From contig CAZKUN010000002.1 of NCBI GenBank assembly GCA_964555935.1, forward strand, positions 3,775 through 67,774: a stretch of 64,000 nt of DNA. The letters are read 5' to 3'. Shown piece by piece: positions 57,141-64,000 of this stretch. The notes beneath the pieces were generated by a model that had not been told where the DNA came from, ran no database searches, and saw nothing but the letters and a program-made list of their open reading frames with translations. The position numbers and the translations under genes are program-made. The DNA comes from an uncultured Armatimonadia bacterium. GTDB taxonomy: Bacteria > Armatimonadota > Zipacnadia > Zipacnadales > VGFC01. Numbering within the stretch: the first letter of the stretch is position 1; each line of letters begins with the position of its first letter.

Positions 57141-59030
57141 TTGCAAGCTCTGGACGGCCCTACGCTGAGAGTCACCACCGAGGACGCGTGTCGATGGTAC
57201 CTGCTGCTAGATGCGAAAGATGAGGAGCGGTACGTGTTGTGCCACGAGTTCTCGATGTACGACGACGAAGAAGACGAAGACGAGGCCGCCGACGCGGCGC
57301 ATTTCGAGCGCGTGGCCTTCCTGCAGGACCCGGAGTCGGATAACGTCCAGCCTCCGCCGGATCCGGTGGAGGAGCTAATCGGGGAGTATGCGGAGATGAG
57401 CTCGCCGCTTCCGACGGAGCTGGTCGAGCGCGTGCGTGGAATGCCGATCCAAGAGGCGGGGCGCGTCATCAGGGACGGACTGGCCGAGGCGACGGCGGAT
57501 GCGCTGGCGCGTTTCAAAATCCCCCATGACCGTGAGGCAATCGTTGGATGCCTGACAGGGAGGACGGTGACCGAGGGGGAGATGGATGCCGACATCGGCA
57601 ACCTGCCGAGGTTCATGGTCGCCCTCGGCTTTGAGGGCCAGTTGCAGGAGACGTTCGACAACCAAACGAGTCCGCAATATGAGGAGGAACTCGAGGAGGA
57701 GGAGTGCAGGCGGGACCGGGATGAGGAGAGACGACAGGAGACCGAGGCGGCACTGAAGCGCTTCGCCGACATCGCGCCGGAGCCCATGGAGGGCGGACCG
57801 GTTTCGCTGCCGCTGGAGCGCATGGTCGACGTGCAGAGCCTGGGGTGGTTCTGCGACGAGTTCGTCGATATGATCGCGCAGGCCACGCTGCCGGAGGGGA
57901 CGAGCTTCAGCCCGGGAGAGGCGGAATGGGGGTGGTCTGGCATGGTCAATGGCCTGCCAACCATGAGGTGTGACTACGGTCGACCGATCGTCGTCGATGA
58001 GGATGTGAGCGGCGTCTGGACTGCGTTTGAGGGCCTGCCCGATGGGTCGACGCTACGCGTTGTGACGGTGGGCGACCCGGAGGATGCGGACGCGAATGCA
58101 CAGGCGGCGATGCAGGTCTATGATGGCAAAGTGAAAGGCGGCGAGTGGCACGTCACTGCCACGCACCCGGCCGTTTCGGCCAAGGCCCTAAACGCGGCGC
58201 TGGAGCTGGTGGATGAGCTGCGCAAGGCTGAGGGACATGTGGTGACCGAGGCGGAGGCGAGCGCGATTGTCGAGGCGTCGACGCAACTGGCTATGCTGGC
58301 AGACACGCCTGTCAAGCATGCGGATGGGCGGATCTGGGTTGATGATGAGTGGGGGCAGCCGCTTCTGGCGCTCTTGGTGTTCCGCCATCGACACTCAGAC
58401 TCGTGGGACACCGACACGTGGGCCGAAGAGGATCGCCTGGCCGCCGAACAGTGGGCGCAAGTGATGGCCGATCTGCCGCAAGTGCCGAAGCTTGAGGCGA
58501 ACGAGGTCCTGTTGAAGGCGAAGCAGGCGACGTACTACCACGTTGACGCCAGCGGCTTACCGGAGGGTGGGATACAGGCACTCGAACGCAGAGACCAGCA
58601 GATGGCGGAGTTGGGCCTCGAGCCGTTCGGAGACCTGGTGGCGAGCGTCGCCGAGGGGGTAGTCGTGAGAGGATATGCCGGGGAGTCCGGTGAGTCCTAC
58701 GGTGTCGCGATGCAGGCGGTGGACGGGCAGAGCTTCGCGGAGTTCTACACGCGGTTTGCCGACGGATCCTCGCTGACGACGACCAACAACTACGGCGCGG
58801 AGATGCGTGAAGAGGTCGGGGTTTTCCTCAGGATCTACGACGAGTGGGAGCCGGAGAGGCTGATCGAGAAGCACCGCGACGGCATCGCGCGGATATCCGG
58901 CCATCGGAAGACAGAACCGGTGACGCAAGAGCCGACGATACTCGCCATGGCGGAGGCGCTTGAGGAGTTTCTCGAGCGGCGAGCATCGAGCGACCGTGGA
59001 TACGAGACGTTCACGTTCAAGGTCGATTAG
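57141..59030 (+). CDS. Acidic cytoplasmic hypothetical protein (629 aa), 5' boundary unresolved
   Basis: Long codon-biased ORF. The protein-like frame continues upstream to an in-frame TGA at 57018-57020, which is preceded by a strong SD+ATG at about 56966. The TTG at 57141 is only the first start-like codon. Confidence 0.5.
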   Translation: MQALDGPTLRVTTEDACRWYLLLDAKDEERYVLCHEFSMYDDEEDEDEAADAAHFERVAFLQDPESDNVQPPPDPVEELIGEYAEMSSPLPTELVERVRGMPIQEAGRVIRDGLAEATADALARFKIPHDREAIVGCLTGRTVTEGEMDADIGNLPRFMVALGFEGQLQETFDNQTSPQYEEELEEEECRRDRDEERRQETEAALKRFADIAPEPMEGGPVSLPLERMVDVQSLGWFCDEFVDMIAQATLPEGTSFSPGEAEWGWSGMVNGLPTMRCDYGRPIVVDEDVSGVWTAFEGLPDGSTLRVVTVGDPEDADANAQAAMQVYDGKVKGGEWHVTATHPAVSAKALNAALELVDELRKAEGHVVTEAEASAIVEASTQLAMLADTPVKHADGRIWVDDEWGQPLLALLVFRHRHSDSWDTDTWAEEDRLAAEQWAQVMADLPQVPKLEANEVLLKAKQATYYHVDASGLPEGGIQALERRDQQMAELGLEPFGDLVASVAEGVVVRGYAGESGESYGVAMQAVDGQSFAEFYTRFADGSSLTTTNNYGAEMREEVGVFLRIYDEWEPERLIEKHRDGIARISGHRKTEPVTQEPTILAMAEALEEFLERRASSDRGYETFTFKVD

Positions 59031-61054
59031 GGCATGAGGGCGTCAGCAGCGACCGGCGGAAGATCGCGCGTCCCGTCGCCATCGAAATCGCCCGCACGGT
59101 AGGCTGAAATGTCGATTTGGGAGCCGATGGGGCCGGCGCCCTCGCTCATCGTGAGGGCGGGGCTGCCGTCCGCAAGGCTGAGGTCCAGGTCGATGCTCTC
59201 GGCGTCCTTCCAGTTAGCCACGACGCCCGAGTGCATCGGGAGGGCGTCGAGGCCGGGATCGATGTCGATATAGTCGCCGCCGACCGACGTGACCCCGCGG
59301 GCGACGCCGTCGAAGTCCAGTTCCACCGTGTCGCCGACGGCGTATTGGTCTGTTCCGCCCCGCAGATAGACGCGGGTCTTCGTGCACTCAAGCAGGCGCT
59401 TGCCCTCCATCTGTTGGAAGAACGCCGGCGCGTTGATGAACTTGGGATCGGCGCGCATGGAGTCGGCGTCCTGGCCCGAATCCGCGAGGTATTCTTCCCA
59501 CGAGGCGTTGAAGTTGCGGTCGTAGACGATCGGCGGTCTCGTGACGCCCGGCGCTTGCCAGAGCAGATTCCGGTTGCTCTGGGTCTCGGAGTCAGCCCCA
59601 TAGCCAAACAGCGGCCCGCCGTGGCCGCTGGCGAGGACGTTGTCGAACACGCGGTAGCCCCTGCCGGTGAGGCTGAGGACGCCGTAGCCGCTGAAGGCGA
59701 TGGTGTTGCCGATGACATCGTAATCGTCAGCGTTACCGTGGCCGAAGATGACAGCGTAGGCTCCGCAGCCGATGAACATGTTCCCCAGCAACCTCCCGCT
59801 CGTCGTGCCCTCCATCATCATCTGCTGGCCGCCGTTGATGAGGAGATTCTCCTCGAACACCATCCCATCGATGCCGCCGAAGAGCTGGAAGTTGTCAGCA
59901 TGTCCCCACAGCACGTGGTCGTGCATGTAGTTGCGCCGCACTGTCACGCTGTCTTGGCCGATGCGCAGGCCGTCCATGCCGTTGTAGGCGATCTCGTTCT
60001 CCTCCACGAGCCCTCCCCCACACCCCGCCGACACGCCGAGGTAGTTGTGGGTCACCACGTTGCGTCGGATCACGCCGCCAGGCGTGTTGCGCATGTGGAT
60101 TCCGTCGGAATCGTTGTGGTGGATGATGCAGTTCTGGATCGTGACGTTCTCGGAGCCATCCGTCCACGAGCCGATGCCATGGCCGGTTCCGTGGCGCAGC
60201 TCGAAGCCATCGAAGACGACGTGGCTCTGGCCGCCCCACTCGATGACGAACCGGCCGCGCCGGCTGGCTTCGATGAGGCCATCCTCGCCGAGCGGCCAGA
60301 CGAAGAGGCGAGTATTGCCGTCGACCTCGTGAGTCGCCCACTCGCCGGGCTGGTCGATGAGCTGGACGCGGTTCTGGAGGAAGTAGCGGTCCTGGCCGGG
60401 ATCGACGACGCGGTCGCGGTAGATCGGCTTCTCCAGCGTCAGCGTGCCTGTGGCGGGGTCGAAGGCTGTGATCGGCCGGGCGCCGTGAGAGGTCGTATCG
60501 ACATCCCAGAACCAGATGGAGCCACCGACGAGATCGCCGAGCGCGGCAGCGAGGTCGGTAGCGTCCTGCATGTCGTGCGTCCCGCCCGCCTGGGCGATGA
60601 ACCAGCCTTCGTTCGGCTCGCGAGCGAGCGTGAGCTGAGTATTGTCCTCGATCACCCGCGTCGGTTTCCAGTCGATGTCGGCGTATTGGATGCTCGCGGA
60701 ATCCGGGTTGCCAGCCGCGATCTCGGAGGTGCAGGGCTGCCAGTCCTCGACGGCATCCGCGCCCGTGATGACGACACGGTCTGATGGATCCTCGCGCACG
60801 GCACGGAAGGTGATGGGTCGGTCCTGAGCACCCGAGACGCGGACGCTCACGACCTCGCGGTAAACGCCTGGCTTGACGAGCACGGTGTCGCCGGGCTGGA
60901 GGGTCGTGGCTGCATGGCTGACCGTCAGCCATGGCTCGGCATCCGTGCCCGGATTCGCGTCCGATGCATTCTCGGCGCTCTGGTCGACAGTGTATTCGGC
61001 AGCGCATCCGGTGCCGCCGATGATAAGAGCGAGGAACGTGTGTCGCCAGGTCAT
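59027..61054 (-). CDS. Right-handed parallel beta-helix lipoprotein with C-terminal DxDGDG Ca-binding loop
   Basis: Start at MTWRHTFLALIIGGTGCAA (lipobox) with a GGAGG SD. Beta-helix repeats (NCIIHHN, RRNVVTHN, VRRNYMHDH) and a C-terminal GDFDGDGTRDL. Confidence 0.65.
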   Translation of the reverse strand: MTWRHTFLALIIGGTGCAAEYTVDQSAENASDANPGTDAEPWLTVSHAATTLQPGDTVLVKPGVYREVVSVRVSGAQDRPITFRAVREDPSDRVVITGADAVEDWQPCTSEIAAGNPDSASIQYADIDWKPTRVIEDNTQLTLAREPNEGWFIAQAGGTHDMQDATDLAAALGDLVGGSIWFWDVDTTSHGARPITAFDPATGTLTLEKPIYRDRVVDPGQDRYFLQNRVQLIDQPGEWATHEVDGNTRLFVWPLGEDGLIEASRRGRFVIEWGGQSHVVFDGFELRHGTGHGIGSWTDGSENVTIQNCIIHHNDSDGIHMRNTPGGVIRRNVVTHNYLGVSAGCGGGLVEENEIAYNGMDGLRIGQDSVTVRRNYMHDHVLWGHADNFQLFGGIDGMVFEENLLINGGQQMMMEGTTSGRLLGNMFIGCGAYAVIFGHGNADDYDVIGNTIAFSGYGVLSLTGRGYRVFDNVLASGHGGPLFGYGADSETQSNRNLLWQAPGVTRPPIVYDRNFNASWEEYLADSGQDADSMRADPKFINAPAFFQQMEGKRLLECTKTRVYLRGGTDQYAVGDTVELDFDGVARGVTSVGGDYIDIDPGLDALPMHSGVVANWKDAESIDLDLSLADGSPALTMSEGAGPIGSQIDISAYRAGDFDGDGTRDLPPVAADALMP

Positions 61055-61187
61055 AGACAGTCCTCCGAGATCTGCTAGTGCGAGGTGGTTCGCCGCCGAG
61101 GGGCGCAATCCTGGCTCAACACAGGTAGGCGTCCGCCGGGCCGCGAACCGCCATTCGCACGAGCCGTCGTCTACGTGGGGGCAGGTC

Positions 61188-62366
61188 ATGCGCAAGAACT
61201 GGCCGATCTTATTGCTGGTTGTGGTGCTGGGAATCGGCATTGCGGGTTGCGTATTGCTCTACCGCGCGGGGCACCGTGACATTCACCAGGCCGCCGCCAG
61301 GGGCGACCTGAAGCGGATGAAGGCCTGGATGAGCATCGGCGTACGGCCGACGGCCTTGGACGATGAAGGCCGCGCGCCGCTGCACAACGCCACCATGGCC
61401 CGAAGACGCCATGTGATCGACTTTCTGGTCAGCCGCGGTGTCGATGTCGATATCACGACAGACCAGGGGACGACCGCCCTGATGATGGCGGCACGGAGCG
61501 GCCACCTCCCGATCATGCAGCAACTGCTGGACCTCGGCGCGGATCCCAACCTCGGCGATGAATTCGAGGGCACGGCGCTGTCCTGGGCCGCCCATAACGC
61601 CAACCACCTGGCAGTCACGCGCCTGCTGATCGAGCACGGCGCCAACGTGAAAGCCGTCATGTACACTGACATGCAGACCCAAGGTGGACGGCTGGTTGGC
61701 GATCCGACAACGGCGACCACCCCGCTTTACGAGTCTGTGTTATGGGGCGAGCGGACCGAGGTGACCGATCTGCTGATCGAGGCGGGCGCCAACTACACGA
61801 TCCACGTTGCTGCCAGAGTGGGCGACGTTGAGGCGATTCAGCGCATGCTCGACGAGGGCGTCGCCGCGGATGCCGTCGGACCCTACGGTAAGACGCCGCT
61901 CCACGACGCCGCGGATGAGGGGCATGTGGGTGTGACGCGTCTCCTCCTCGATTCCGGCGCCGACCCCGGCGCGCTGGACAACTCAGGGAGATCCCCGCTC
62001 CACGCCGCCGCATCGTCTGAGAACGGGCGGACCGCCGAGCTCTTATTAGATGCCGGGGCTGACGTAGATCTGCGCGCTGACAACGCGGACACGCCTCTTC
62101 ACATGGCCGCTGAGCTCGGATACCCGCGAGTCACGGCGGTGCTGCTGGAGGCCGGCGCTGACCCCAATGCCGTGGGAGGAGGCGGGCGGACACCGATCCA
62201 CAACCCGTGCTTCAACAGCTCTCCACAGGTCGTGAAGCTGCTCATCGAGTTCGGGGCGGACATCAACGCCCGCACCGAGATTGGCGAGACCCCGCTCGAC
62301 TATGCGGAGGCCAAAGGCGATACCGAGTGCGCGCGCCTACTCGTGGCCGCGGGCGCTCGCGAGTAG
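61188..62366 (+). CDS. Membrane-anchored ankyrin-repeat protein (about 9 repeats)
   Basis: N-terminal TM helix WPILLLVVVLGIGIAGCVLL, then repeated G-TPLH-AA---H..+++LL--GA motifs. Confidence 0.75.
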   Translation: MRKNWPILLLVVVLGIGIAGCVLLYRAGHRDIHQAAARGDLKRMKAWMSIGVRPTALDDEGRAPLHNATMARRRHVIDFLVSRGVDVDITTDQGTTALMMAARSGHLPIMQQLLDLGADPNLGDEFEGTALSWAAHNANHLAVTRLLIEHGANVKAVMYTDMQTQGGRLVGDPTTATTPLYESVLWGERTEVTDLLIEAGANYTIHVAARVGDVEAIQRMLDEGVAADAVGPYGKTPLHDAADEGHVGVTRLLLDSGADPGALDNSGRSPLHAAASSENGRTAELLLDAGADVDLRADNADTPLHMAAELGYPRVTAVLLEAGADPNAVGGGGRTPIHNPCFNSSPQVVKLLIEFGADINARTEIGETPLDYAEAKGDTECARLLVAAGARE

Positions 62367-62455
62367 CCTTCCTCGGCGGGAGGGCCCTGTGCCTGCGTCA
62401 CACAATCAGAACAGCAGTCTTGCATGCCTCACTCTCGCAACCCAGGAGGCGACGT

Positions 62456-64000
62456 ATGCGAATGTGTATCCTCGTGACCGGACTGCTCACCCTCGCAGCT
62501 AGCTGCGCGGCCCAAGACCTGCCCATCCTCAGCGTCGCCGCCGACCCACCATCCCGGTCGTTTGTCGCGCAGGAGCGCTCCGACTTCCGATTCACTTGGA
62601 CGCTGAACGCGCCGCTGGCGGAGGGATCGGAGATCCGGATCATCACGCCGCGTGAGGGCGGGTGGATGAAACCATCTCTCAATCCTGAGAGCGAGGAATT
62701 CGACTTCCAGTGGTCGGAGGTGAAGCACTTCCTCAACGGGCCGCCGGATCGCGGGACGAGGCTTGCGGTGAGCTGCGAGAAGTGGTCGGATCGCGGTCCC
62801 CCGTACACGCAACAGGATCGGATCAGCCAGTTTCGGATGGTGCTGGAGGGCGGGGGCCTGGAGGCGGGCGATTCAGGCGAGGTGCTGTTCGTCAACGCGC
62901 GCGTAAGCCGGTTGGCGCTGCACCAGGACCCGACGAGGAATGTCACCGGCTATCGGATGCAAGTGAGGCCGGGAGGGCAAGATGAGTGGACTGAGATTGC
63001 GGGCCTGCCCATCTACCAGATTCTCCCGGGCGAAGCGCATCACCTCGACATCCGCGGCCCGTCGCAGGTGGTGGCGGGAGAGCCGTTCCGAGTGACGGCG
63101 CTGGTGGCGGACAAGTGGAACAACCCGGTGCCAGACTTCGCCGGGACCGCCCAGTGGTGGTGTACCGACGAGGCGGCCGAACTGCCGAAGCCGTTGGAGT
63201 TCACGAAGGCGGGCAAGGGCCTGACGGAGACCAGCGAGTGCGTCCTCAACACGCCGGGCCGGCATTTCCTGCGGGCGATCCTCGATACGGATCTGTCGGC
63301 CTGGAACGTGCGTGGGTTCGACGTGGAGGTCATCGAGGAGGCGCCGGAACTCCGGCTCTTCTGGGGTGAGTTGCATAACCACGGGATGTTGAGCTACGAC
63401 GCGCGCAACTGGGGCGGATGCACCATGCGGCCGCATGATGCCTACTGGTACGCGCAGCACTTCACGAACCTCGATTTCGCGGCGGTGACCGATCACTCGA
63501 TGCACAACGGCCGGTTGCGCCAGCAGAACATGACCGAGGAACAGTATCAGGAATGTCAGCGCGCGGCGGCCGACTGCTACGATGCGGGCAAGTTCGTCAC
63601 CTTCACCGCCGTCGAGCAGCGGTGCGCGCGCGGCGATACCAACACCTACTTCCTCAATGACGATGAGACGTACTACATGCGCGATGACATCATGACCGTT
63701 CAGCAGATGTGGGAGTACTACCGCGACGTCCCGATCATCACCATTCCCCACCTGCACCCGATGAGCAAGCGCAAGGAACGGTTCGACGAGATCGACCCGG
63801 AGAAGGAGCGGCTGATCGAGATCCACTCCAACCACGGACGGTACGAGTACTTCGAGAACGAGCCGCTGAAGCCGAAGAAGGGCATGGTCGACGGCAACAG
63901 CGTACAGCAGATCCTGGCGCGCGGGCACCGGTTGGGGATCGTGGCGGCGAGCGACGATCACTCGGGCCGCCCGGGCGTGACGGACATCACGGGGATCTAT
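62456..64000 (+). CDS. Lipoprotein with N-terminal beta-sandwich and PHP-like (DUF3604-like) metal-dependent hydrolase region, 3' partial
   Basis: AGGAGG SD 6 nt before the ATG. Lipobox LAASC. I translated the frame by hand from 62456 to the window end without a stop (at least 515 aa), so it is absent from the ORF track only because no stop occurs in the window. LFWGELHNHGMLSYDA resembles a PHP/DUF3604 metal-binding start. Confidence 0.6.
   Translation, partial: MRMCILVTGLLTLAASCAAQDLPILSVAADPPSRSFVAQERSDFRFTWTLNAPLAEGSEIRIITPREGGWMKPSLNPESEEFDFQWSEVKHFLNGPPDRGTRLAVSCEKWSDRGPPYTQQDRISQFRMVLEGGGLEAGDSGEVLFVNARVSRLALHQDPTRNVTGYRMQVRPGGQDEWTEIAGLPIYQILPGEAHHLDIRGPSQVVAGEPFRVTALVADKWNNPVPDFAGTAQWWCTDEAAELPKPLEFTKAGKGLTETSECVLNTPGRHFLRAILDTDLSAWNVRGFDVEVIEEAPELRLFWGELHNHGMLSYDARNWGGCTMRPHDAYWYAQHFTNLDFAAVTDHSMHNGRLRQQNMTEEQYQECQRAAADCYDAGKFVTFTAVEQRCARGDTNTYFLNDDETYYMRDDIMTVQQMWEYYRDVPIITIPHLHPMSKRKERFDEIDPEKERLIEIHSNHGRYEYFENEPLKPKKGMVDGNSVQQILARGHRLGIVAASDDHSGRPGVTDITGIY

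Noticed and set aside
59117-60784. 555-aa + strand ORF
   Set aside because: Fully antisense to the beta-helix lipoprotein gene. Low-complexity Ala/Val/Asp composition typical of GC-rich shadow ORFs.
62873-63961. 362-aa minus-strand ORF
   Set aside because: Antisense to the hand-translated lipoprotein gene 62456..64000, which has an SD, a lipobox and protein-like composition.

Overview
High-GC (~65-70%) bacterial chromosomal segment, probably Planctomycetota-like: it carries a DUF1559 prepilin-type protein, a formylglycine-type sulfatase, many Gfo/Idh/MocA oxidoreductases paired with xylose-isomerase-like TIM barrels, and TAT-signal proteins. I call about 55 protein-coding genes, densely packed, with short intergenic gaps and several ATGA start/stop overlaps. 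I found no rRNA, tRNA, CRISPR array or obvious transposase. The housekeeping core comprises trxA, rsmI, a conserved yggS-sepF-proC-yggT-yggU division cluster with a CPBP protease inserted, argG next to a LeuA/homocitrate-synthase-like gene, and an msrB-msrA fusion. The accessory content comprises an ECF sigma/anti-sigma pair, an MFS transporter, two beta-helix proteins with Asp-rich Ca-binding loops, tandem duplicated lipoproteins with duplicated terminators, and a DnaQ-exonuclease-WYL fusion beside a sugar kinase/nucleotidyltransferase/GT2 operon. It also includes an N-terminally truncated RHS toxin gene with three small downstream ORFs and a sharp AT-rich island, and a tightly packed six-gene minus-strand operon (48865-56818). 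That operon combines a secreted protein, an orphan MttB-family methyltransferase, an IolE/MocC-like TIM barrel, a MocA/IolG-like dehydrogenase and a DegT-family aminotransferase; I rank it the best candidate for an undescribed pathway (aminocyclitol or methylated amino-sugar metabolism). Many long ORFs in the supplied track are antisense GC-artefacts and were rejected. One real lipoprotein gene at the 3' window edge is absent from the track because it runs off the end. Coordinates derived from sequence line labels, rather than from the ORF track, may be off by about 1 nt.
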